Source of the DNA: Octopus vulgaris
Lineage: Eukaryota
Assembly (NCBI GenBank): GCA_951406725.2
Contig: OX597822.1
Location: 32,364,001-32,428,000, forward strand
Length of the DNA stretch: 64,000 nt
Reading direction: 5' to 3'
Shown: positions 14,330 through 26,575 of the stretch, piece by piece
Layout: each line of letters begins with the position of its first letter
How positions within the stretch are numbered: the first letter of the stretch is position 1
Notes under the pieces: model-generated
The model's input: the letters and a program-made list of their open reading frames with translations, nothing else
Database searches by the model: none
Told to the model about the DNA's origin: nothing
Made by a program: the position numbers and the translations under genes

Positions 14330-14560
14330 CGCGGGAGCAATACAGATAAATATATAGCTCACAGCCCTGCCTTTAATAACTTGATCTAGATCCGGCACAC
14401 AAGCACAAAGGTTACCTCAACATCTTTTCTCAGCATGTTAAATAAACGTGGGCATTTTATATATGAATTCCTTTAATCTCATCTAAATACGAAACTTATC
14501 TGTTTTTCAACACTCTAATGTCTTTAAGAATCATAGAACACAGATTATATTGTCTCAGAG
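14330..14560 (-). mobile_element. CR1/L2-like LINE 3' remnant
   Basis: Minus strand RNSYIKCPRLFNMLRKDV...VPDL resembles the NS..RGP.LFN.LP...PD C-terminus of CR1-group RTs. Confidence 0.4.
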
Positions 14561-14604
14561 AGACAAATTCAATACTTGAATGGAGAGGCAAAAAAAACAA
14601 ACCG

Positions 14605-14925
14605 GCATTTTCTTGCACTCTTTCGGTTACGACGACGAGAGATTCAGTTGAACCAATGAATGCAACCTGCTCGTGAAATTAACATGCAATTGCGTGAGCA
14701 CTCCACAGACAGGCGTTCCTTTTACATAGTTCTCAGTGACATTCATTGTGACAAAGACTGTGACAAAGCTGACCCTTGGAAGTACAGGTACTACTCACTT
14801 TTGTCAGCTGAGTGGACTGGAGCAACGTGAAATACTGTGTCTTTCTCAAAGACACAACGCGTCGCCCGGAATTGAAATGACGACCTTGTGAGGGTGAGAC
14901 AAATAACCTAACCACTAAGGTGCGG
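14605..14925 (-). mobile_element. tRNA-derived SINE, family C
   Basis: Minus strand starts TAGTGGTTAGG...TTCAATTCCGGGCGACGCGTTGTG..., then CTCCAGTCCACTCAGCTG. The 3' part is shared with 63110-63328 and 29478-29603. Confidence 0.8.
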
Positions 14926-15552
14926 GCTTTCAGAACTGGTTTGATCGAAAATATATGAGATCATTACTGGTTTGACGCAAAATATTATAAGAATATATTA
15001 ATTATTATTACCTAACAAATATTTTGCAAACGAATTATGCAAAGTTACATGCCAGCTGTTGATAGAAGTGGATTAGATTGGAAGTAATTTGTGGAAGCTA
15101 ACCATAGAGTATAGTAGTGGTGAAATAAACCTTCTATATTTTAAGTCAGAACGGTGGTATGTCAGGTAGCATTCATATATGGATTATAGAGAATCAATTG
15201 AACAAGTAGTGGTTCCTTTGATCAATATGATAATACATAAGGGAAAGTAATTCGGTGGATATTACCAACATACACGACAAGTAAAAGCAGTAGTCTTTTG
15301 TAGTTCACATAACTATCGATTAGAACATTTGGCGGATTTTGTTCGAAACTAACAGCTTTGCTTGAACAAAAGTTTTACATCCGCTGTCTTGCTTTACATT
15401 TAAATGTTAACCATTATTAGTTTAGGATGTTGATTATGTAAAATTGTTCATATATAGCTGGAGAATTTTGCTAATTACAAATATTCGTATCTTGATTTTG
15501 ATGTCTATGAATGTATGTATGTATGTCAGGTTATTTATGAGGCTCTCATAAG

Positions 15553-15690
15553 TGCTACTGGTAACATGGAATCCAGTACAACATGTTACATGTTCGGGTT
15601 GTCGACGAATAAGCCGGCACCGACACCAGGCCAGTCTCGTGAGGAGGGCTGTTAGAAACACAGCAGGATTAAAAACAAGATTTGTTTAAA
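15553..15690 (+). repeat. Unclassified dispersed repeat (second copy at 28918-29048)
   Basis: GCTACTG(G/A)TAACAT(G/A)GAATCCAGTACAACAT...GAGGAGGG(C/T)TGTTAGAAAC is shared by both loci. Confidence 0.75.
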
Positions 15691-16224
15691 AGTCGGGTGA
15701 ATCTAGAGAAGGCTCAACGGCTATCAAGTAATAAGTAATAGCACGGGTACACAGAAATTCTGGGATGATGTGCAGCGTGCTGTATGACCACTGAGAGTGA
15801 GGCATCACTCAGCTTCAGTTAAAGCATGTCTCTACGAGAAGGTCACTCTGATATAAAAACCACATATGCAGGGATTGGCATTGGATATTTTGGGGATCTT
15901 CGGTTTGTGCTAGAGATCATAGCACTCCAATATCCCTGAGCTTGCGATTGATATTGGCACCAGACATCTTGCGCTGACTTGTTTCTGGATAATGTGAATA
16001 AAGTGGAGTGGGTCTATGAAGTGTCGTGCAAGCCTAAAATTCTGACAGGCATTGCTGACCTCTGCTCGATATGTGCTGCTATTTTAATTTTTTCTTATAT
16101 ATATTTATCTTATTTTCAGTATATATGTATCTTTATTTTTAGTATATATTTATATATTTATTTATTTTCAGTATATATTTAAATATTTATTTATTTTTAG
16201 AATTTATTTATCTTATTTTTATTG

Positions 16225-16950
16225 GGATGTCCTGCGGCGATGGGAAGGTGGTGACGCATTGTTGAGTTGGATTCATGCAGTCAGCGACCTGCACATATGC
16301 GGCCCATACTAGATATAAAGCTGTCTCCTTGCCGCCCAAGATAGCGGTAGGATTCGGTTGCTGCATGGATGTCTGAGCAGCTCCATTTTTGAGAGGGCAC
16401 TGCTCGCCCAGAGGCTGGGGAGGTTCTAGAAAAGAGTAAACCCCAAATTTTCTGTCTGTCTATATCGGATGTTCAGTTTGCGCTCGAAAAGCAAGGAGAC
16501 TTTTATTTACAAACTTTGGATGGAACTTGAACATTACATGTTGGAATGTGCACACTGTTGGATAACAAGAGTGATTGTAGGCCTGAAAGGCGCACAGCCC
16601 TTGCTACTCGCAAGCTGAACTGCTATAATATTGATATAGCTGCACTTTCAGGTGATGGTCAGCTTGAGGAAGTAGGAAGTAGATATACCTTTTTTTGGAA
16701 GGGGATGCCAAAGTAGGAGCGCAGAGAGGCCGGGTTTGGCTTTGCAGTTCGATCTGATATCCTTAAGAAATTGTAGGAGTTTCTTGTTCCTATAAATGAA
16801 CGTCTAATGACTCTGCGATTGTACCTTAAAGGTGGGCGGTTTGCTGATCTATTTGTTTATGCTCCTTTTTTAACTAGTTGTGATGAAGATTAAGCTATTT
16901 TTTTATACCAAACTAAGAGCCATACTTAGGTATATCCCAAATTCTGAAAG
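16225..16950 (+). mobile_element. RTE-clade LINE 5' portion (apurinic endonuclease pseudogene)
   Basis: CWNV..LLDNKSDCRPERRTALATRKLNCYNIDIAALS..GQLEEVGSRYTFFWKG..REAGFGFAV..INERLMTLRL..VYAP is a typical RTE/BovB APE domain; stops present. Confidence 0.88.
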
Positions 16951-17344
16951 TGGTAGTAGAGAGCCATTATGAATAGACCAGAAGCTGGTCGACAAGAGAA
17001 GGTGAGAAAGTCGAGAGTACGTGTAGACTGTGTTGACAGTAGTGTCTGTGCTGATATAGTAATTATACTGTGATACTGAGTGGACGTTATATCGATCCAA
17101 ACTTTTGATTATAATAACAGTGTGCGACTGGGGGTCGTACAGTGGCAGATAGAATAATTCTATCGACGATTTCGGAATATAACATTATCTGCCAAACCTA
17201 TAGGCGTCGTCATAAGACAGATACAACAGTGGCAAAATACCGCTTTACAACAGTATTTATGTATGTATATGTGCAGATTTGAATGTCTTGTTTTATGTAT
17301 GTATTCGCATGCATATAGTTGCATATCTAGACATGCGCATATAT

Positions 17345-17492
17345 ATTTAGATAATAAACTTCCGGAAAGTTTCATAGATATTTACAGTTCCAGTGATGGG
17401 TTGAATCTGTAGTCTTCGAATTAACTCCCTCCTTTCTGGTTTTGAGAAGCCTAATTTCTTAAGATTGGTCTTTAGGCAGTGTGTTACATATC
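17345..17492 (-). mobile_element. 3' fragment of an RLE-type non-LTR retrotransposon
   Basis: YVTHCLKTNLKKLGFSKPERRELIRRLQIQPITGTVNIYETFRKF resembles the helix C-terminal to RLE domains; flanked by microsatellites. Confidence 0.5.
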
Positions 17493-17619
17493 TCATGAAC
17501 GTATGTATGCATGCTCTCTCTCCCTCTCTCTCTCTCTCTCTTTTTAAATTAGAGTACATTTTGACCGGTCACAGACTTGGCGGTAAAGTTGTGACGGAAA
17601 GTGTCTTGATTTAACCAAC

Positions 17620-18200
17620 ATCCTTTGAATTTTAATGTTTGGCAGCTTTTCATATTCCCAGATATCGTGATCATTTGTAGCATATGAATTAATGCTTTGC
17701 ATGCTCTCCCCAAGATTCCAAGTTCAGTTATACTTGCTCCAGACGGGTTGGTATATATCCTGTTGCTCCAATAATAATGGGTACGAGACCGAAAATGTAT
17801 TTGCGAACTCCTCGTGAATGGTCCACAGATGTCCGCTTCCTTTTGTAGTTTTCTGACCCCATCATGGTCAAGTGGGCTGCTGATTTTCCAAACTGAACAT
17901 ACCTTTTCTTTGTGGCCCTACATTACAATATCTGGCTGCTTGTATCTTAACTTTGTTGGCTGTTTTAATTTTGAAGTTCGACCAGTATAGTCATCTTCAT
18001 TTGTGGGTATTCTCTTTTTTGTTATCGTGCTCCACACCGTCCCGGCCTGCATCTATGCCTCATAGAAAGATATCTGGAAGACATTTTCATACAGTTGGCT
18101 ATAATATGGTTGATGTCTTCAGTCTTAGCCTTCAACGGACTACATTTGTTGTCTCCTAAATTCTTTTGTGCCTGTTTAAATTTAACTGTCATCAAAAGCA
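17620..18200 (-). mobile_element. Decayed R4/Dong-like RLE domain fragment
   Basis: Minus strand contains PDIV and VPIIIGATGYIP motifs with frameshifts. Confidence 0.55.
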
Positions 18201-19326
18201 AGAGGAAGTTTGTAACCCCACAAGAAACTCATGATAATTTGAAGAGGCATCTTAACGAGGAGAACAATATTATTGATACTTGTAATGTACTTCAGTATTT
18301 GCCTCAATATTCGCATACCGTCTTTGTCTCTGATGTAAGCGCTTACGAAGTATTTAAAATGTTTTCTATGTTTGAATGTGAAACCAACAAACAGCACCAG
18401 TGCTATTTCTGGTTAGTAAATACAAATCATGTTCGAAAATTGACTTGCGAATAAATACTATTATACAACGATGCGAAATACACTTCGCGTTATGTATTGG
18501 CTTCACGTTCAATGATATCATTGTAGAAACCTATATATCATGTATGACATTCATTTAGCAAACACATGAATATATTTGCAGTAAATAACACTTCAAATGC
18601 AACAATGATTTTTGGGTATGCCTGATAAATGCCTTCGTAGGTATCTAGTGCAATAAATATAATATTACAAATTGCTTGAATATGAGAGTTTTCAAGTAAT
18701 ACTTTTAAAAACTTGTTGTTGGCTTGCGTAACCTCTGTTAGAATTGGGTACATATAGGATTGTATTTGAATTTTACGAAAATGGTAATATTTTTTTTAGT
18801 TTTCATTCAGTGCTCTTTGAAGCTTTATTGTTATCCTTTCATTATTCTTGTTTATATTTATTTATTTATTTTATGCGAATGTTGTGTCTGTAATATTGTT
18901 ACTGTTGATAACGTAACTTTATTATTATAGTTAGGAAACATGCAATGTGGATTCATGAAAACAACCAGTAACAAAATAAAATAACAAAAGCAAAGTTCAT
19001 CACGGTTCTTGCAGTGAGCAAATGAGTGAGAATGAGAAGTAGTCAAAAGCAAAAATACAGAAATAATTTATTTCAGTATTGAGGAAAATATTTAGTAAAA
19101 AAACATATAATAGATCACATACATTTAAACGCTGTGAAGCCTCCATTTTGTCTGTATAGTTTATTCATGTATATGTTCATCGAATACACTTTGCACCATT
19201 GTACAATAATGATCTTTTATTTTAGCATGATAAAACAGATTACAGAAAGTTTAATATTTCTCGTAAAATATGTCCTGTTTCAAGTGTGCAGGAATAACGG
19301 TGTCACCTCAATATTACTTCAGTCCT

Positions 19327-19540
19327 AAGGCTGTGAGCACGCAAAATCGATAGCATGCCAGGCGAAATGTTTAGTGACATTTCGTTACTCTTTACGTTCA
19401 GAGTTCAAATTTCGCTGATGTCGACTTTGCTTTTCATCCTTCTGGGGTCGATAAAGTAAGAACCAGTTGAGTGGAGGGATCGATGTAATCGACTTATCTC
19501 CTTGAATGATATTGCTGGCCTTGCGCCAAACTTTGAAATC
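19327..19540 (+). mobile_element. SINE family A (diverged)
   Basis: GAGTTCAAAT B-box; GTCGACTTTGCTTTTCATCCTTCTGGGGTCGATAAA core. Confidence 0.85.
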
Positions 19541-19757
19541 ACTATTTCAGTCCTACGTGCTTATTTAGGAACATGCCAATATATGTGTGTTTGTCACTAT
19601 GCATATGTAAGCGTGTATGTATACATGTATATATGTATTGATGTAAGTATGTATTAGTGATATTGGTGTAATAAAACTCACTAGACATATTAAAATTGGT
19701 TGTAGCATCAGAGTTTCCATAAAGAATCTTGCGAACCAAATAAAAAAGACATTGTAT

Positions 19758-20580
19758 AAATAATCTATTACCAGTGGTTCGCATGTATAATAAAAGTCAT
19801 AAGACGTAAAACATTTGTTTATAGGATTGTATAAATAGACAAAGAGAAGACCATCGACAGGACTTCTTAGATGCTAGAAACAGCAGTAACAACCTAAACC
19901 ACGAAAAAAAATTCTTACGGCATGCTGCTTGTTGGTACTAGAGTTAATAAAATACAGTAAATTTTAAATCATGAGTTTCAGTGTTAATGGCCAAATAAGT
20001 CAATTTATCAATTGATCAAATAGCAACGTACCTTAAGAATTTTTTCGTGGTTTCGGTTGTGACTGCCTTTTCTAGCATGTAAGAAGTCCTATCGATGGTC
20101 TTTTCTTTGTGTATTTATACAATCTTATCAACAAATATTTTACGCCTTATGATTTTATTATATATTCGGACGACTAGTAATAGGTTATTTAATAATTTTT
20201 ACCCGTATATTTATATAGTTAATTTCTTTCAATTGTTAGGCCAGTTATTACAGGATTTAATCTATTCACTGCTATACTATTCGAACTTAGAACGTTGGGA
20301 AACAAAATTTTGAGTGCCCAACCGTTGATTTCAGTTTCATAATTATGTATTTTCCCAGCGACCTTACTGGCGAGCTACAGATGACTAATTGGTCAATCGA
20401 CTAATTGATATATTTGGTTATCAATAGAGCAGCTCATGAGTATAAGGTTTATGGTACTTTTATTCACTCTAGTGACCACAACCAACGTGCATTAAGAATT
20501 CTTTTCGTGGGTTGGGTTGTGACTGCCCCTTCTAGCATGTAAGAAGCCCTATAAATTGTGTTCTGTTTGTGTATTTATGC
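19758..20580. repeat. Partial tandem (~460 bp unit) preceded by an inverted partial copy
   Basis: TTAAGAATT..TTCGTGG..GGTTGTGACTGCC..TCTAGCATGTAAGAAG occurs at ~20032 and ~20491. 19758-19920 is the reverse complement of 20030-20190, and 19921-20020 of 20388-20490. Confidence 0.85.
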
Positions 20581-20587
20581 ACTCTTC

Positions 20588-20591
<4 letters not shown>

Positions 20592-20678
<87 letters not shown>

Positions 20679-20686
20679 TCTATCTG

Positions 20687-20731
<45 letters not shown>

Positions 20732-20744
20732 ATATCTATCTATC
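20592..20744. repeat. (TA)n(TATC)n microsatellite
   Basis: Directly visible. Confidence 0.95.
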
Positions 20745-20813
20745 AGACCGCGTGTGTATCGTTGCCGATTTTCTTTCTCCGTCTTCCCTTACTTGGACCT
20801 TTCCTTTTTCTAT

Positions 20814-20848
20814 GTTTCTGACGAAGAGCTCCGCTCGAAACGTTAACT
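20814..20848 (+). ncRNA. Minimal type I hammerhead ribozyme motif (PLE/retrozyme type)
   Basis: GTTT-CTGACGA-A-GAGC-TCC-GCTC-GAAA-CGTTA-ACT contains CUGANGA, a 4 bp stem II, GAAA, the palindromic AACGTT as stem III and a short stem I. It sits in a ~200 bp unit (20745-20948) between microsatellites. Confidence 0.75.
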
Positions 20849-22106
20849 CCTCTTTCTGTCTTTTCTTTCCTGAGCGTCCAATAGCACTATACTTGTTCCA
20901 TGTACTCGCACTGTTGTGTTTTCTTTTTGTTCATGTTTGGATTAACTATATATATATATATATATAATGTGTAAATAATATTTGTGTACGGATGTATGCA
21001 ATTTCAGACTCGTCTTCCTTACGGTTAAAATTTTGGAAGAAATGTGATGATTTTTTTTAAAACAATAAATATGGAAAACTCAATAGAAAAACCGCCAGGA
21101 ATATTAATTTTATTTCTCATGCAGAGCCTTAATGTCTACACTTCTAATTCTTCTCTGCTTTATGAAAACTTTTGTATTCGAATCTTATCTTTAAGCAGGA
21201 AATTTTCTTATTTCTGTCTCGTTTGTTTTCTCATGTCTGTACAAATTTAATCATAAGTCCGTTTTGTTGTAAAATATGTGAAATATTTTACATAAAATAT
21301 AATTGCACTCTCTACAGATGAATTAGACATTCTTACTATTAAGTTAGAGAAAATCGTTTTCTTTCAGTCTCTCGCTTTCTCTATCTTTTTTGTCCCTTCA
21401 TTCACTTTTAATTCACTTTCCCATTCTTCCATATTTTTAAACCTGTAGTTTTTAAGCTTTTTCGATCTTCATAAATTATTTCCTTATTACATTCCATTTT
21501 TTCGTCTCCTTTTAATCAATGAAATGATAAGATTTGTCATACATTTCCTTACTCAAATATGATGCCACTATTTTTTGTAAAGTTCTGTAGCAATGTAACA
21601 ATAAAACAATATGTAGCAATAAAACAATGAACTTTAACATCATGCATTTAACGTGTTTTCCTGTAGATTATTCATCATAAAGAAGTCGTTAACATTTTTT
21701 CATGAAATAGACAGAGGGACATTATTTAAAAGTACACTCGTTATTAATGAGGGGAAATTATTATTTCAGTAATTTAGTAATTATTGTCAATGAGAAGAAG
21801 CAAGTCTTGATTTGAAATATTACAATTAATTAAAAAATAAAATGCAGCTACGAGGAAGGTAACATACCGATAATTGCAGAGATCTAGCAGTTCTATTGAA
21901 CACCCTGAAGTGAGAAATGTAGCCTGTCAAACAGAATTTCAGCAAAATTCAATCTGAAAATGAGGTTCGTTTCCCTTCTTACAGTAATGTCCATATCTTA
22001 CGTACTTCTTTCTCAATATACTTCACAAGAGCTACAAGGCATTCAAGTAAACCACTCATTGCTCATGTGAACCCTTGCACCGAATTCATAATTAACGATG
22101 CACTTC

Positions 22107-22459
<353 letters not shown>

Positions 22460-22483
22460 ATAATAATAATAAGAAGAATAAGC

Positions 22484-22921
22484 ATGCCCCGATGCAGAGT
22501 ACCAGGCAGCAGCTCTGACTGGAAGTGTTATCATGTACATTGTTTTATTTTGGTGTAAAAGATGAGCTACAGCAAATGTACTGCTCGGTACTAGAGATTT
22601 GCTTGTCAGTTGCTTCACCTTAAACTGTTGAGCATGTCGCTTAGTGGCTGTCGATATGCGCTTCTCAGATCACGAGCTGAAGTAGAGGGGGAGCATCATA
22701 AACACGTATTGAGAAGAATTGTGGGAGGTTGGATAATTCACCTTTGGAAACATGGGTATTTAGTTCAACATTCTTAAGCTATCCTTATTCAGGGACCATT
22801 CTAACTGGACCCCAACTTCAAGGTCATGCACTATTTATCTTGGTATGAGATCACTATATCGCGTACATATGGCTGTGAGACGTGTGCCTGGTATACTCTT
22901 ATCAGGCGGGTAGTTATGATA
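22484..22921. mobile_element. Non-coding (TAA)-associated interspersed element (copy 1)
   Basis: Colinear with 56296-56785 (ATGCCC(C/T)GATGCAG..TACCAGGCAG...TTAGTGGCTG...GATCACGAGC...GGGAGCATCAT...CCTTATTCAGGGACC...TTATCAG.CGGGTAGT). Confidence 0.85.
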
Positions 22922-23059
22922 GCTCTCGTATGATAGCACTAAACGAGTTGCAATGTGTATTGAAATGAATGGTAACCATACAGAGCCTGTTAAATAAATA
23001 AAAAAACTGTTCTTAGGAACTGCTTCTTATAAACAGATAAATTGTTCCTATATATGGCG

Positions 23060-23080
23060 ACTTTTGAATCGCCCTGTATA
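23060..23080. mobile_element. Possible Tc1/mariner terminal inverted repeat end
   Basis: ACTTTTGAATCGCCCTG|TA (reverse complement TA|CAGGGCGATTCAAAAGT) resembles a Tc1/mariner end; no partner TIR found. Confidence 0.3.
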
Positions 23081-23096
23081 TATATTATACATTGGA

Positions 23097-23427
<331 letters not shown>

Positions 23428-24411
23428 ATAATTCAATTGAATACAATTAAACCAATTGCAAAGCGGAGAAGAAATACATACTCTCTGAACTGCCTGGAAA
23501 AGGTTTACATTGCTAAAGGTGGAATGCGGAAAAAAAAATCCTAGGAAATGCTAATTTTCTACGTAAACTTTAACTCGAAAGGTAAAAAAGAAATATTTAT
23601 GACCAAATATATTCTTGTTCACCTTTACATTCGATAATTTACATGGAAATGTGTACACATGAATTATAGCAGAGACGTCCATATCTACAACCACACAAAT
23701 CGCACTATTACAAGGCACTACACATAACATGCACAAGAACTGCAATGCAATGGTAATATACCCTCTCAAAAGAAAACCACTGTGTGAATCTTATGTATAC
23801 GTAGGTGTACACAGTTGTGCAATGAAATATCCTCAAATGGATTTAAGACTTTTCAGATAGAAAAAAGAAACAGTAAGAATTCCCCTCATGGTGAGAAGAC
23901 ATTTACATCGTTTAAACTTAAAGATATAAAACATCCCCGGAAGCAAATATCATTTATATTTTCTTGGACATTTATTTTTGTTCTTGGATCCTTTGCAGTT
24001 CATATTAAGTGCGGATCCAGCTGTACATAACCATTTGTATTCTAAATATACCATGGCTCATAGAACGCAACAACATGCAGCAATAACAAGCCAGTGGAAA
24101 ACGATGGACTAAACGTAAAGATAAACATTATCCTACAAGAATGCATCTTCATAATAACTGCAAGCGTGTTGTGCAGCTCATTAATGCATGTGCACTGAAC
24201 ACATGAATTTTAAGATTCTTCATGCAGTGAACAAAAATAGATTGTGAGAAAAATGAAATATCAGCGCTACGCAATTTAGCAGTAAACCGCACAGCAATAA
24301 AACACATTATTTGTTGAGGCTTATAAATGAATCTGTTCAGCGACATTAAAAATATATTTACAAATTGTGTGCAAAGGAGAATAACGATAGTAAGATAACA
24401 GTACTAATGGT

Positions 24412-24595
24412 TCAAAATCTTGGCACAAGGTCAGTAATTTTAGGGAAGGGTATAACCCAATTACATTGGCCCTAGTCTTTAAAAACTGTTTATATATTTT
24501 AAACACTCCTAAACAATGGAAGGCATATTTGACCCCAGCGGAATTTGAACTCAGAGTATAAGAGGAACAACATGCCACTAAGCATTTTGTCCGCT
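24412..24595 (-). mobile_element. SINE family A (diverged)
   Basis: GGCACAAGG...GCGGAATTTGAACTCAGA...CTAAGCATTTTGTCCG. Confidence 0.7.
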
Positions 24596-24631
24596 TGAAA
24601 ATGTAATAGTAATAATGTTAGTTGTTGTTTG

Positions 24632-24883
24632 TTCCTTCTTGAGCCACGCCTGGCTCATAGGGCCGGTTTCCAGGTTTCCGTGGCGTATAGGTTCCCCACC
24701 CGGACAGCTGCAAGAGGAAGTTGTGGCGAAAGAGTCAGCAGAAGTTCGCCATTATCTACTGCCGGAGCCGCATGGAGCGTAGGTGCTTTGCTCATAAACG
24801 CAAACGTTGCCTGGTCTGAGATTCGAACCCGCGATCCCTCGAACGCGAGACCGCTACTCTAACCACTAGGCCATGTGCCTCCA
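24632..24883 (-). mobile_element. tRNA-derived SINE (distinct family)
   Basis: Minus strand TGGCCTAGTGGTTAGAG (A box) and GGGTTCGAATCTC (B box). The tail CTCATAGGGCCGGTTTCC... resembles 38160-38230. Confidence 0.75.
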
Positions 24884-24965
24884 CACAATAATGTTTGTAG
24901 TAGTCATAATTATAGTCAAATTAATGCAAACACTAATCAACTTTGTAATAATAGTTGTTGCAAAT

Positions 24966-25556
24966 TTTGGCACAAATCCAGCAATTTCGACGGAGGGGCA
25001 AGCCGATTATATCGATCCAAGTGCTCAAATAGTACCTATTTTATCGACCCAGAAGGGATGAACGCTAAAATCAACATCGACAGATTTTAATTCCAAATGT
25101 AAAGGCGGACGAAATGACGTGTATCATTTAGTCCAGCGTGCTAACGATCCTTCCAGCTCACTGTCTGAAAGGTTAATAATAAAAAACTGAGGGTAGTTAT
25201 CATAATTGTAGTAAAATTACTGAAAACTTATTATAATAATAATTATCCTTCCTACTAAAGGTACAAGGCCTGGGGCAATCATTAAGACGATTACATCGAC
25301 CCAGATACTCTCTTGGTTCTTAATTTATCGACGCCGAAGTTATGAAAGGCAAAGTCGATCATGGCGAAATTTAACTCAGAACCTAGCAACAGTGGGGGTA
25401 CGGGATGAATCGATTTCATCAACCCCAGTATTTCACTGGTACTTATTAACCCCAAAAGGATAAAAGGTAAAGTCGACCTCGGTGGAATCTGAACTCTCAA
25501 CGTAGACACGGGCGAAATACCGATAAATATTTCGCCCAGCACACTAACATTCGCCT
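24966..25556 (-). mobile_element. Cluster of three family A SINE copies
   Basis: Repeated ATCGACCC...TTTATCGAC...AAAGTCGAC...GAACTC blocks at ~24966-25165, ~25246-25385 and ~25395-25556. Confidence 0.8.
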
Positions 25557-25571
25557 TCATTTTAATAATAA

Positions 25572-25946
25572 CTAGCAGTATCGCCCGGCGTTGCTCGGGT
25601 TTGTAAGGGAAATAACTATAAAGCATTTTTAGAGAGTTATAGCCAAAAAATGGAAAAAAATGATGGTAAAATTTTTTTTTAGTTAAAAAGGTCGAGTTGT
25701 GTCCCCTAGACAGTCTGTGGTTTGTGTTTCTGATTCTCGACCCCATGTCGAATTTATCGATTTTTTTTTCAGAACTGGGGGAACTTTTCAAAATTTTCGC
25801 TGCGTTAGTTTTGAATTATGACATTGGGCTATGTGTGTGTCAAGTTTCATCAGAATCGGTTGAAAGCCGTGGTCAGGGTGAGGGTACAACCTAACAGACA
25901 CACAGAAACACACACAGACAAACTGCCGTTTATATATAGAGAGAGA
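25572..25946 (-). mobile_element. Non-autonomous Helitron
   Basis: Minus strand begins TC(TCTCTCTATATATAAA) and ends with hairpin CCCGAGCAACGCCGGG followed by CTAG; inserted between A and T with no TSD. Confidence 0.9.
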
Positions 25947-25950
25947 TAAT

Positions 25951-26575
25951 CCGTTTTACTATAGGCACAAGGCCTGGATCTTATGGGGAGGAGACAATCG
26001 TTCACATAGACCACAGTACTTGACTGGTACTTATTTTATCGGTCCCGAAAGGAAGAAGGACAAATTCGACCTCGGCAGAATTTGAACTTAGAACGGGGGA
26101 AATACCGTTAAGGATTTGGTCTAGTGACAAAACGATTCTGCCAGCTCACCGCATTAATTAAAATAATTATCCTTTCTATTGGTGGCACAAGGCCTCAAAT
26201 TTGAGGGAAGGGATTAAGTAGATTACATGGACCCCATTACACAACTGGTTTTTAATTTATCGACCCCGAAAGGATGAAAGTCAAAGTCGACCTCATTTCA
26301 AGATATTTTCATTTGTGACAGAATCAGTTTATTCCTCCAACATATTTCTACAGTATATACACAAGCATACTAAGGCGGCGATCTGGCAGGATCTTTAGCA
26401 GGTAAGGAAAGCTGCTTTGTGGCATTTATTCTGCTTTTAAATTCTGAGTTGAAACACCGTCGATATGTCATCCTTTGGAGATCGATAAATATGTACCAGT
26501 TGACTACCGTGGTCGATGTAATCGACTTGCACCCTACCCCAAAATTGATGGCATTTTGCCAAAATTTAAAACGGG
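25951..26575. mobile_element. Three further family A SINE copies (25951-26153 minus, 26170-26293 minus, 26372-26575 plus)
   Basis: Each carries the family A core and/or head (AAGGCGGCGATCTGGCAG at 26372). Confidence 0.8.

Noticed and set aside
19870-19945. Permuted hammerhead (GAAA...GTA/GTC-ACAACC...GGTTGT)
   Set aside because: The position expected to hold CUGANGA reads GGTCAC or TGGTAC in the available copies.
21868-21953. Possible minus-strand exon (TTTTCAG...GTATGT)
   Set aside because: All three frames contain stops from the main acceptor, and there is no recognisable protein similarity.
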